From Tubiluchus corallicola (taxonomy: Eukaryota > Animalia > Priapulida): DNA of 64,000 nt. The translations under genes were made by a program, and so were the position numbers. The notes under the pieces are model-generated. The model was given only the letters and a program-made list of their open reading frames with translations. It did not search any database and was not told the DNA's origin. Numbering within the stretch: position 1 is the first letter of the stretch; every line of letters begins with the position of its first letter. Shown here in pieces: positions 12,201-25,400 of the stretch. Where the stretch lies: positions 45,648-109,647 of the forward strand of contig JAQGDQ010000705.1 in assembly GCA_030141605.1 (NCBI GenBank). Direction: 5' to 3'.

Positions 12201-14437
12201 AACCCGCGATCCAAATTTGACATTTGTTTACGGAACAATGACTCAATTGAGGTTTCTCTTTTTCCCGTTTCAGCTTCAAGTCTTTGAAATATTTGACTGG
12301 TTTTGTGGCATACTCCTGATGTTTCGCCTTCAAATGCTGTTCAAGTTTCACTGGCTTCATAGAATCATTGCAGAAAGTTTGATCACATAACAGACACAGC
12401 GGTAATCGCTCATCATGAGGTGCCACAATAAATCCCAAATTCAGATAATCAATTGAGTATTTTTGAACTTTCACCTTCGCTTTCGTAGCCATGATGTTTA
12501 TTCACCAGGACACTAGCTTTGGTCTGTGTTACCGCCGAGAATAAATGCACAGCAAAGAGCCTATTGTCGTATAGACAATGAGACACTGAGAAAGACAAGT
12601 GTTTGGAATCAAATTGGGAATCCCCAGTCAGGAGTCAGGCCGTGCAGAGTTTGGGCGTAAAGAGAAACTGAGCGATCGACGATCTATCCTACCTCACTCA
12701 GTCCATACTTTTCTGCTATCGAATCTCCAATTGTAGGAATGCGCGATAACCGTAGTTGAGCATAGTCATGGGTAACCACCCATTCATACAACTGGAGAGC
12801 TGATATTTACAATAAATCTCTCTAAACACCAACGGTGTACAATAGATATACAAACACTACATTCTGACCGATGGCTCCCAGTCAGATGTAGATATGAATT
12901 TTCAACTCTGAGTCTGAAAACTCAATTCATGCAAATTTCCCCCTATTCACAAACTTTCCCCCTTTGCGTATAATTTACCCCTAATTCCCCCTTTTCCAAA
13001 TTTCACCCCCCGAGAATTTCGAATTCGCCCCTGGGGGTGCGCATGGACCAAGGTTGAGAAGCACTGCTCTACAGAGACTGTGTAAAACCAGCATGGCGAG
13101 GTCAATCAGCTGATGATGTCAGTTTTATTAATTACGAGAACTAAAACTGAGAACTCACACTCGGGTGTAAAATGGTGAAGAAAATTTAACGCACTATTAG
13201 TAAATTTAAACCTTATTTTTTAGCCTTTGTTAGTTTCCTTAATTTTCTTTTCATAGAATATATTCATATAGAGCACAGTGTTTCCTGAAAACCAATGCTT
13301 TTCAAAGGGCAGTAGATGATTGCTCAAAGGTAAATATTGTCTTAGACTGAAGTTTCTTGAATTATGCAAAACGCATTTCATAAATAAACTACGCATTAAG
13401 CAGCTAAACCACTTCTAATAGAATGGTTTTCAAATAGTGAAACATCTTTGTATTTCTGATTTGACTATTCTCACAGATTTGCACATGGCATGTTAAATTT
13501 AAGCACCATGCTTTTCCAACTTTCAAGTTTCTCTGTACTGCTTATCAACAAATACTGTTTGGTTAATAAAATTCATTAGTTTCGGAAGACACTTGGCAAA
13601 TGTGCAGAAGAAAAATTATATCTAGAAGCAGATATCGCACGTTCGCTTTTCTCCTAAGTTGTCCTCATTATCACACTAAAAGTCGTCCGCATTTTTACTA
13701 ATCGAAAAACGTGTCATTTGGCAAAAATTTCGCTAAATTTACAGATAAAAACAGAAACGTTTGAACGATTACATGATTTCCTACATTAAACATGAAATAC
13801 ACAGTTTTTATTTTTATTCTTTATATTTTTAATTTTAGTATTTTTATTTCTTATTTTGGTTTATTATCTTTTTAGGCCCTAGATCTTCTCGTGCCTCCAG
13901 TTGAAGCCAATAGAAAGGAAAGAGTTAAAGCACACGTAAGACGAGGAACGGCTTTCTTTGAATTAGAACTGTATGCTGAAGGTATGTCGGTTTATTACTA
14001 ACTCAAAATAGCTTTATAAAAAATTCAAAAAGGATTTAGTTCAGATTTAAATGATGAAATCACAACATCCTCTTTTTAACCTTGTGCACTTTATACCGTT
14101 TGTTTTGTCATTTTCTTTAACGATTTGCTTATTGTTGTACAATTTGTACCACCTCTGAGACATGGACATAGAATGCCACACATAAATCCAAGCTTGGTAT
14201 AGATGAAGTTTGGAACTCCTGCACTTATCAAATAATAATTGAAATCTATTTAATTCAACCTCTTAGTGATCATATATTGTTTACATTGTGCACTTATTTT
14301 TAGCTCTAAAGGATTACGAAAGTGCACTGAAATTAGATCCACACAACTCTAATTTGGAGAGAGATGCAGCAGCAATTCGAAACTTCATTCAGACTGGGGA
14401 AATGATGGACAACCTTCAGCTATGGTCAATAAGCTGA
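6252..14437 (+). CDS. DNAAF4: Dynein axonemal assembly factor 4 (DYX1C1): CS/p23 domain plus C-terminal TPRs, about 408 aa
   Basis: Exons 6252-6374, 7374-7524, 8091-8221, 8615-8828, 9039-9151, 9633-9733, 10200-10280, 13257-13329, 13876-13981, 14304-14437 (1227 nt, open frame). Motifs [62 protein letters not shown] match DYX1C1. Confidence 0.95.
6506..6782 (+). mobile_element. tRNA-derived SINE with a Meta/MESC-like core and (TTA)n tail
   Basis: A-box-like TACCATAGTGG and B-box GAGTTCGAAAC (6559-6569), then ATACCAAAGATTTTAAAAATGGTATCTGCTGTTGCCCTGCCTGGCGC, and a 3' (TTA)n tail. Core family assignment is from memory of SINE consensus sequences. Confidence 0.7.
10617..13066 (-). mobile_element. 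Buster/Charlie-type hAT DNA transposon, full length (2450 bp)
   Basis: 17-bp TIRs CAGT(A/G)CTTCTCAACCTT with one mismatch. Perfect 8-bp TSD CTCTACAG (10609-10616 and 13067-13074) with the central TA typical of Buster elements. Confidence 0.95.
10790..12492 (-). pseudogene. Frameshifted Buster-family (ZBED5/ZBED8/SCAND3-like) transposase
   Basis: Consecutive ORF pieces show the BED finger (YLNLGF...PLCLLC...[14 protein letters not shown]), [65 protein letters not shown] and [16 protein letters not shown], interrupted by several frameshifts and stops. Confidence 0.92.
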
Positions 14438-16480
14438 TTCTAACTTTAGCTTTCAGATAAATGATCTGCAGGTATTTTATATTAAGATTCCAAATTAGTT
14501 TTCAGAGTTTAAAATGTGGGCCTGTGTCATAGCTTGAACAGGTTGATATGCAGGTCAAAATAAGTTACTGTGTTTATCAAATCTGTGTCCAAAAATTAGC
14601 CAATAGCTGTTGAGTGTTGTGACGTAGCTGCATGCCATAATGGATAGATGCTATCTATAGTACCTAAGCAATAAAGGAATTGTTAGTTAAAAACTGTTAT
14701 GTACTAATATGAATTGATGGTCTCTTTTAACACTACTGCAGTTTTCCAAAAAAAAAACACTGTACGCTGAATGTATAACACTGAATCATCATTATTGCGA
14801 CAACAGTAACAGTTCGGTGCACAGGTAAATTCACCAATGGTATGTGTATAAATCTTTTAAACAAAACATATTAAAATAAATTAGGCAGCATCATTTCATT
14901 AACTTTTACAAATAAACAAAGTACAATAAATAAATATGTTATTTACAACAAAAAATATAAAGGATCGATTAATTGCTCGTCTTGAAGCAGTGTAGGGCGT
15001 GACATTGATCAAATAATATAGTGCATCCTGCAAATGGCTTAATAAATAATAATAATGATATAATATTTATCGAACTAGGTTTGCAAATTTACATTAATGG
15101 CAATCTTGGTCTTTTTTGTTTATTACTAAATCTTGCAAGAACTGTTAAATGCAGTTAAATTCTTAAGTTATTATATTATTATCACATGACAATGTAAATA
15201 TTCATAAAATGTGCATTAAAAATAAAAAAATGTAATTTCAAATCTAGCAAAAATTAATATAACTATGCTTACAGAATGGATGAATCATAAACAATTACTG
15301 TATATATAAATCTCTATTAAATTTTTAAGTAGTTTATAAACTCGCTGTTGGCAGTTTATCTACATTACATCCTGAAATATATAGAACAAGTTACATGCCA
15401 GTTAATAATTAATTTGTTTCATTTCAGCTGAAAATTAAATTCAAAACAAAAAATTTCGTTTTATTCTAGCAAAATACAAATATCTACTACAAGTTAAAAA
15501 CTGAATAGAAAATTTAAACAGTCATCAAGAATTCAAGTTAACGACTAAAATCAGTACTTAAGAATAGTAATGTATTATTTTACAGAATGGCTGATGGTGA
15601 CTGTGTTATGTTGTCTGATTTCACAACTTGCTATAGACAACTTGAAAATTGATTGTCACAGCACATATTATCACAATTTTAGTATGACTTCTTTCATTTG
15701 TCATTGTGCGTAACAGAATAAAGCTAAAAAAATGTATAGAAAGTAATGGTCATCATTAACTTCCCAAGATTGACCTGATGATAAATTAGGTAGCATTACC
15801 TCAGAAGTAGTTTTTATGCTAACTAGTTCTCTCTAATTCGAAATACTGAGGCTAGATATTAGACCAAGGATAAAACGGTATAATGTAAATGACATTTTGA
15901 AACTTAACTAGAATTTATTCTTTTCAAAAAGCTAACCAAGGTTATAATAATTGACTAGAGCTATGAAGATAAAGCATGGCATTGCTTCTAGTGCCATATG
16001 TGTAAATTCTTGTTGTAATTACAACATGTTCAGTGTTCACATACAAAAAATAACTGTGAATTGTATTAAATTACAATATAATATATATCACATTTAGGTG
16101 GAATTTATTTTTGAGTTGAGAGTAAAATGATTAGTTAACTAGAATGGCAAAAAACTACAAAATTCTTGTCACAACTTAGAGCAGTTTACAGCACTAAGTG
16201 AAACAAAACTTCAATAATGCATTTTGAATGACAAAACCGGTTTGATGTTCAGCTTTGATAAACTGCCATTAAAACGCAAGAAGAAAATAACTAAAAAAAC
16301 ATATAGCTAAAGTATATTCATATAACCAAAAACAAAGTGGTGCAAAATTCATATTCCTACTTACCTATGTGGCAAGCTGAGCATATGAATATATAAACAT
16401 TGCAATAGGTATGCAATTGCCTGATTGTACAATAAATTATGTTGCAGTCTGAATTTTCAACTTCCCTATTACATGTAGAG

Positions 16481-19400
16481 TTATTCATTTCCCACAACGC
16501 TAGCTTCTCTGTCTATTTCACTCGGAACAGGTCCCATGTATCTGTCCATTTTCCAGTAGTGAAACGGTGGACCAGCTGTAAAGCAGTTCTTCTTATGAAG
16601 GAGATTACCATCATCCACCCAGTACATGATGTAAAAATTGCACATTTCATCGTCCATTCCTGGCCTGTAATGAAAATGTGAGCTAAAACTTTAGTTTCAT
16701 AAGAACAGACACACGTATCTTCTCTTAAAGCAGCATTAATGGCAGAAATATGATTGGACCTCACAATGCAGGTTAGACATAGCTGTTAACTATATTATAT
16801 TTAAAAATTGACAAAAGTTTTGTACAGGCACAAATAAGCCATTTTAGTTTTTGAACGATATCACTGGTATCTCTAGTGCTTTTAACAATACATGGTAAAA
16901 CACAAAAAATTCTACTGTATCAGAAGTTTTCAGCTGAATCACAAAAACTGCACGGGCAGAAATAATCTTGAAATTTTTTTTTTATCAAACTTTATCTTAT
17001 TTTTTAACTTGCTTGTTCTGAAACTGCTGACATCATTTGAAACTATAGAAAATAAAAACACTTTACTCGCCCAACTTTTAACAAGCACTGAATACCATAA
17101 CGTCTGAAAATTTCAAAAAGTAAAACACTATGCCAGGTGTAATCTATTGTTTCACAGACATTTCATGGATGTTTTTGTTGCTTTTCCATACAATAGTCAA
17201 CATTTTCCTGAAAGAAGAGCCCATGGTGACTTGTGATCAGTCAGTGCTAGCCAAATTCTCATTACCATGTTTTCTGGGGGGAATGAAAGAATAAAAAAAT
17301 GCAAGTTTCTAATTGCTTTAGTAAACTGAGTGTCTGTCAGTACTCAGTACCCTTGAAAGTTTTCCATAATACTCGCTGTTCACATGAAACCAATTTTTCT
17401 CTCTTTTTGTTCTTCGATGTCAGCTCTTTACAATCACGGAGTTGATCAGTCGAAGTTTCATCATACCAGACATGCTTATTAATACAGTGTTGGAGAACAC
17501 ACCCCACCAAAAGTGATTGCAAATACTTTTTCATAGCTAAAGCACATGCTCATCTGTTTTCTGAAAAGTTCTATGCATCTTTTTGCATACTGTTGCTAAT
17601 ATGCCATACATCAAAACATGCTCGATCTTCTTGTATTTCTCAGACTTCATAAGTTTTGTTATACTTGGATACTGGTCACTAGCAAATATAGCAGCATTAA
17701 GAGTTTTTCTTTCAACTCTTGAATTGGCTGCTAGCGACAACTTTCTGGGCTAATGCAGTAATTTCAGCCTTCTAGCTAGAATTTCATGAAAACTACTTTT
17801 CAGCATTAGTGAACTACAGTTTTACGGCAATTTTCAAGCATTTTTGAAATAATAGTAAGAATTATATATCGTGATGACACAATACAACCTAAAAGTGAGG
17901 TATTTTTTCATAAAAGTGTCATTTGACAAGCAGAAAACAATACGTGCTGTGAATATTAAGCATACTGGAACTGTGCTTGATTGAAGGATAAGAAAAAAAT
18001 CATTAACCTAAGTGGTTAACTGATTTATTTCAGACGCAAATTAATAAATTGTATGATAAATCTGCTAAGCAACAGATCAGGAACAAAATCAATGCGGGAA
18101 ATCTTAGTAATCGTTACAAACCAATCTTGTACATTTCAACAACAACAGTAGCCTCTTATCCACATTTCCAATGCACTGTACACCTTCAAAACAGAAACAA
18201 CAGAAACTTCCATGGCAGGTAAAACTGCCAGGAACAATTTTTTGGTAGATAGCCATCAATTCTTTAGCCAGATTTGGAGCTGCTTAACTTCATCTAGTGC
18301 ATTGTAACCACTCAATTATTTTTCTTGCCCCAAGCAAAGGTGAACCATTATGTTATGCGTTACTTACCCCACACGAATTTCCATATCATTTTCATTATCC
18401 ATCGTACAACGAGCAGCCTGCAATTCAGAATACAACAAGAAAATTAACACAAAATCACACGTGCTTTTATTATGGGTTACTAATTTACTTTACCATACAG
18501 TACTGTAATGATGTGTACTAAAGATTGTGCAAATTATACCTTTTTAATCAAATTTACAAGATGTAGTTAATACGGTAAAAATACTTACAACATAATCATT
18601 TTGCCTAATCACAAGATCGGTGTTCGATACCGGATAGAACATCTATAACAAAAGTATAGACAGAATTAATATTCTTCATTATAAAAACGTTGTTAATCAA
18701 ATACCCACAATAAGAAAAAAGGAAAAGATGCTACATAACTTATTTTAATGATTTTTTTAAATGGAATCAACATTTGTTAACAAATTACCAGCGCTATTAA
18801 GTTTTCTAAATAAATGTTCTTTTGTACCCAAATCATGCAAAAAACCGACAAACCCGAATAATACCTAAAAGAATCAACCCTTAGAATTTGCTCACTTAGG
18901 TTTTCAATTTCTGAAATTGTTCCACTTTCATTGCAAACAGAAAACATTTGCTACATTGGTTTTTAAATTTTTTAATAAATTAAGCTGCGTAATTGCATTT
19001 TACTTTTCACGGACCAGTCAAAGTAAAGCCATTCAGTTCTGGTACCACCTCACTGGCAAATCCTACAACTCATTATGAGTTTTATCTCAAATGGTAGCCT
19101 CACACCTTAGCTTATCCAATGTTTTCCTGAAACAAAAATCTTGCACTCTGCCTTATTTAATATTTTTTGACAATATATTTTTGTCAATAACATAAAACTG
19201 TGGACTGTACCTGTGGTTCTTGAGGGTTGTGCTTTCCAATAAGTGACCAGTCACCATCTCGCACTCTGTAACCGGCAACTACTTTTCCTGCAACATAGAA
19301 AACATCATTACAGAGCAAATATTATTACCGCTTGCACATAATCTCAGGAATTTGAATCTGTCTTTGCTAATTTGACAATGACGTTTCATGGAACTTTCAT

Positions 19401-22400
19401 TATATTTATTCAGTTTAGCTCCTGAACATTTGATGTGTACTGCCAATAACCTGTTGCCCAAATTTGATAATTAAGAAAAACTAGGGAAAAACAAATTTAA
19501 CAACAATTTATCATAGATAACTTGGAAAAATTCCTGTCTAGAACAACAATGACGATGAACAGTGACACCACTTAGCCGCATTCTTGGAATAGAGGTCAAC
19601 CAATCCATTCATTTGAAACATTACAGGCCACTGTTGCTCAACACTAGAAGCATTTGTCTATCTGAACCCTATTTCGGTTTTTGGCCAATAGCAGGAAATT
19701 TTTCTGCATGCGCAGGGCTCATATTCAACCACGCATAAGACCTCGAATCCACCTAGGCACATCAAATTGTGACTCCAACACAAAAGCTGTAGGAGGAGAT
19801 GCAAAACAACAAAAGGAAAATCCCTCCCACACAGTGGCCCTCGGCCCAGGGGTAACATGTCATGTATAAACATAAAGGCGAGTGTGTTCTGTAAGTTTTA
19901 AGTCCGTACCACTTTGTGTGCGCGAGTTATTAAAGAAAATATTCTTGTCCGCAACCCATGATAGGCCTGGGACCAGTGATTGTCGCCACCGCTAATATAA
20001 TACTCTTGCTTTGTTATGCATGCACTATAGCCCGTACAGGAAAAGCACTCACAAAAATACATGTAATGTAACTATGGTCGGCCATATACAACCTCACCGG
20101 TGCAACTGGTTATGTTAAAATATCAATACTGTTTACCTGAAATAACTAAATTCAATGAATTACCTGTTGCATGAGTGTGGGTTCGAAAAGCAAATGGATG
20201 CATTTCGACATCGTCTTCAATAGGACACTCAGTTTCAAAATGCTCTACTGAATGAGGTCTTATTAAACCACCAGTACCCATTATGAGAACCCCAGCCAGT
20301 TTAGGTGTCGGCTCCGTAGTAGCAGTGATTATAATTCCAGAATCATCCTCTATGTCTTGGTCTGTTAAAAAGACAACACCATTTAAGCTTACACTCTGAC
20401 AATAAGACTGTCTTTGCTGTATATTTCTTTACAATTAAAATGGTCCTAATGACTAGTTCAGTTATGTTCCAAATCGCTTTTGAAATTACTCTGATTTTCA
20501 TGACGAATTTTATGTACCTGGCAAAATTTGTATTTCATTTTGTTTCAATGATTTTATTTCATTAAAATTTCTATGAAGATGGTTTTGATGTCATCTCAGG
20601 TCATACCACTGGCTGAAAAACCACATTTTGCCTTTTTAATGCTATTTCAGTGCATGCTGATTGTTCCTATTTTTATAATCATATGATTATCTTCTCATGC
20701 ATTATCACTATTATAACTTACATTATATCAATATAGAAAAACATCATTAGAGTATATGTTTAATAAAATGGAATTTTAACAAAAACAGCAAAGGCATAGC
20801 CTACGATCCTTTGACTGCACATTCAGTCTGCACAAAGAAAATTGATAAGCATCCTGAACTGATGTATCTTCAAAATGTTCAAGACAGAATACAGACACAC
20901 AGTGAATAACCACTAAGCCTTTACGTAAATTAGTGATTGTTTTACTGCAATCACAAATAAAAAACGTAACTTACTACTCAATTTTGATAAATCAGCGTAA
21001 TGAACTTGAAGAACAAGATATTGAACATCCGTGTCACCACCAACTTTAAAACCAACTCCTGAAAAAATAGAAGTCATTAGCAGCTTTCAAACACAAGGTC
21101 ACATAAAAATTTAGTCCTGTCTATATTTTTAAGTTAACAGAACACTAAAATCGTTAACATCCATATCAAATATGCATCATTACATGACATTATACATGTG
21201 CCGACTATGAGCAAGTCCACAATTCCCCGCAGGTCGACAGAATCATTAATCATAAAGAATTATTTTTCTCTCCAGTTTAAGCTTTTCCTAAAATTAAAAA
21301 GGTATTTGCCAAAAATACTAAAAAGCAGTGGTCACAGGCATAACTGTTTCAGTCACATAAGGAGGTCAGGAAGCACACAAACAGTTTCTTTGGCTAGAAT
21401 TGCCTATTAAATAGCTTAAAATTTTATTAGTATAATTATCGTATATCATAATTAAAGGAAACATAATTAACATAATTAAAGGAAAAACCAACCCTAAAAC
21501 AACGCTCACCGGATTTTAAAATACACCTAAAAATATTGCAATTATCACATGATATACGTGCATAACATGATTTGCTTAAAAATGCAAAATCATTCTTATT
21601 TTATGCCAAACAAAGCTCACTGCCGACATATTTGAAAGAAATGACGTAAGTTGGTGGACAGCACGAAGGCACATGTAGCAAAGCTTCTGCAGTTCACTCA
21701 GAAATGGCGCTATTCTAGATGACAAAATCTTTGCGTTTAACTGGGTTTACATAAAAATTAATTGTCAGGTCAATTAGCAGTAACTTTAAAGCGCTTACAC
21801 AGCTTCACTTCACAGGATTATATTTCAAAATGTATAAATACCACACATAATATACTTATAGATAAGCATGGAATGCTGTGAGGCTCAATACAAGCATATA
21901 GTAGGTGCTGGGCGGGTTACTTAGCTTACAGAGTTCAGTATTAAGAAAATTATTTTGTTACCTTGTCGACGTTAACTAGCCCACTTGTAAGTTATTAGCT
22001 TATTGTCGGTAACTGGTTTTCATTACATAATGGGCAACAGCTTTCATCAAAAGGCAAAAATCATATTAATAACCTCGTTTAATGCTTTGCATTGCTTGTA
22101 GTTGATAATAGTTGACTACATGTAGTTACAAAAAAAAGTTTGCTCAAGCACGTGACTGGATATTTGTTTACATTGCACAGTAACCAGGTGATGCCATTTT
22201 CGTTCAAAACAAAGGCGCCCATACGTGAAGTGATCGTGACTTTAAATTGAGTTTACCAATTAAACGATTATTTCATTGCTATTATGTCCAACATTTTTTC
22301 TAAGACATTAAAAAAAGCCCATCATCCGCGAGACTTGACTTTTCCTTTGAATGTCTTTTACTGTTCAAATAATTATTTGATTTTCATACATAGAAAATAA

Positions 22401-25400
22401 CGAAACAGGTTACCTTCGGGAAGGGCCAAACTAGTTGCACTGTGGGCCCACGCATACATTATCTGAGTTCCGGATGCACATGGTGGTGCCGAGTATTTTC
22501 CGGAGTACCCGCCCATCTCACCACAATTCCTACAAAAGATAAGCTAGCTAACAACTAAAAGGAAAAAATGGCAAAAAAAGGCAAAGTGCACATTTATAAG
22601 ACAATTTGAAAAAACAATTCGAATACTACCACTGTGGTTTTTGTAACTACAGTCCTTGCATTTTAATCAATATTTCCATAGAAGCACAAAAGAAACGAGT
22701 GAAGAATCCCAGCTCTGTATAAATATATTTTAAATTTTTTGAAAGCTCTTTAATCGATAACGACCACAATTTATAATATAAAAATTCAAAAATGCTATGA
22801 GTAATGTTGATTACACGTTGGGCTTGAATTAGTACACATGCTGCCAAAGCACAAATCTGGCACTGCTGAAAAAGCATCTTCATATTCGTATTAATATGCG
22901 ATCGTCAGGTTAAAAACTTGTAAAGGAAAGCTTAATAAAATATAAAAAGCAAAACTTCTTACCAGACATCAGCATCTGATCCTGGTTCTGTGCATCCAAA
23001 AATCAACATATGATGTGTTATACCTTCATAGCGATGTGGTTCGAAAGCAGCTGAAAAATCAAAAATTATCTTTTTTAAGATGGTCCTAGTTGCATTTAGT
23101 TCATCAGCGTGATAGTAGAATAAATTGAGAATATTAAATATGTTTTTATTGCTGTATTTAATTAAAATCATATAAAACATATCAACATGTGTTAAGAAAA
23201 ACAAAATGCATCTGATTTGAAGGGCAATGCCCCTTTAAGAATAATGCTCAGTAATCAGCAAGTAGTATAAAAATACTTTACTATAAATTTAACACTAAAT
23301 CTTTAACCCTTGATGTGCCTCTTAATCATATGTTACGTGTTCATTTATGGTAAAATGAAGTCACACATAAAAAATGACGCAGTATTTTAAATAAACAAAT
23401 GAAATCCTTACTAATAAAATGAGGCTGAGATTCATCCACCTTTAACCCTGTACATAAGTATGTGTCTTTCTGTAAAAGAAAAAAAACAATTACTCGAGAT
23501 TTGCTCACCACATCGTTCTTACATCTGGTGAACAATGGTAAAGTAACCACAAAAGCACACAAGTAGCGACTGCATGATTCAGTAACAAACTTATGCAAAC
23601 TTATAATGTGTTGCACAACGGAGAAATCAAGTAAACCTAGTTTACCCATGTGCTATGATAAATTTGTTCAGTTTTTCAAAGTTTTTAACTTAATAGTGGA
23701 AACCTACCACAATATCAAGGTAATGACAATAGCATAATAGATGCTAGATTATTTATTTCACATTGGCCTACACACTGAACAGTTGCAAACCATGCTAGTG
23801 TTGTTTAAGTTGTTAAAAATAAATAATAAATGGTTGAGTCAATAAGTACTATGAGGAGTCAGGAAGTCTTAATTGCACCAAATACTATTACATTAATGAA
23901 TGCTTTCTAATTACGAAATATCATGAGAACCGCAGAGTTCACATCTCAGTTGCCTGTAAGTTTTCTCCTCTAAACTTCCATTTGAGTTACCTCACTTACT
24001 AGTAGGCTCGAGCTACACTGCATTTTTATTATTTTTTTCACATTATAATATTTTTAATAGATGAGAAAGATAGTTAGTTTTTTTCTCACTAATCTAGACA
24101 ATTTTACCCAAAACCATTTAACACGACATTTCGAAACAAGCTTCTCAAATAACAGATATATAACAATGAAATCTGCAAAAAATTAAACCAAAATAAACAA
24201 ATGGTTTGCAGATTTCAATGTCATATGATTATGGGAGAAGATTCTTCCAAAACGTAATGTTAAACAGATGGTTTGGAATTACTCTGCTGTTAATGCCAAC
24301 TTTTAATTGGAGATTTAGACCTATTTTACATTTGACATGAAACAAATAATTATGCATAAGCTTTTAATTAATTTTGTATAAACTTGAAAACACTGCAGGT
24401 ACCGTGCCAGTCGGACATTAAGGTAATTGTGGACTCATCAGAGTAATACAAATCGTTCACGTCAGAAAAAGAGTCATGTCTAATGTCAAGTACGTGTAAA
24501 GCAGAACATATATATAAGTCCTGCTTCTAACCCTATTCTATAAAATCAATTACGGAATTTTTTTCCTAGAGTGTAAATTGTAATTAATCAATTACAAAGC
24601 ATATTTAACCTTCCAGTCTTTACTCAAAGTGCTGCAAGGTTAACTTAATTCAATAGATGTGAAATGGGAAAGTTCAGAAATAAATTATTGATGATTTGGC
24701 ATTTACACGTGTAGACATTCAATAAGTTTACGTGCTTCATGTATCATTCGCTCGAATTGCTTCAAAAGTTTCTGAAATAATTTTTAGGATTCAGTGAATG
24801 TGCTGATATTGCAGAAGTATAGGCTGAGCAATCTTTTTTTAAACTATGGAAGTGGGCCTTCGTACTCGTAAACAGATGTTGATGTAAGCAGTTGCTATAA
24901 AAATAATTTTAGCAACAACACTAAGTACAGGCTGGGTAGCCTCTACAAAACTCTACTTAATTGCAAGAATAATAACATATTAAATTCTGTCATTTAGTAA
25001 ACATAAGGACTTGGAAATTTTGGTCAAATGTCAATGCTTGTATGAAATTTCTAAAACTTTGTTACAGTTTTCACTTAGGTAAAAAACAATAAAAGACATA
25101 CTGCACAGAAATAGTATGTTTGCTACTAGAAAACAAAAACCGTTTTGCATATTGGACACTACTGTGTTCCAGAATCATCAGAAGTCATCTAGAGCAAAAG
25201 ATCCCCAATTTAAAGGAAAACTGGGATTGCCACCTCAGAGAGACTAGTGGTCAGTATGTGACTCACTCAGTCAGGAGGAGAAACAATCATAAAGGTAAAT
25301 TTATCAAAATTGAACTATAGAAAATTAAGAGCGTGGAGCAACTCAAGAATTATTGAGGCTTGAAAATTATAAAATTTGTGGCCTCTTTGGAAGAAGTGAT

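Larger units (their letters stand above)
10281..13256 (+). other. U12-type (minor spliceosome) GT-AG intron of DNAAF4
   Basis: Donor GTATCCTTT at 10281. Branch site TTCCTTAAT at 13235-13243, about 14 nt upstream of the AG at 13255-13256. Phase 2 matches on both sides. Confidence 0.9.

Noticed and set aside
17290-17800. Minus-strand broken ORFs that might be an old transposase remnant
   Set aside because: No diagnostic motif, TIR or TSD that I could identify with confidence.
24400-24530. Minus-strand KQDLYICSALHV resembling PHM exon 2 (KDTYLCTGLKV), a possible mutually exclusive exon
   Set aside because: No polypyrimidine tract and no phase-1 donor at the equivalent position; the similarity is too short to exclude chance.
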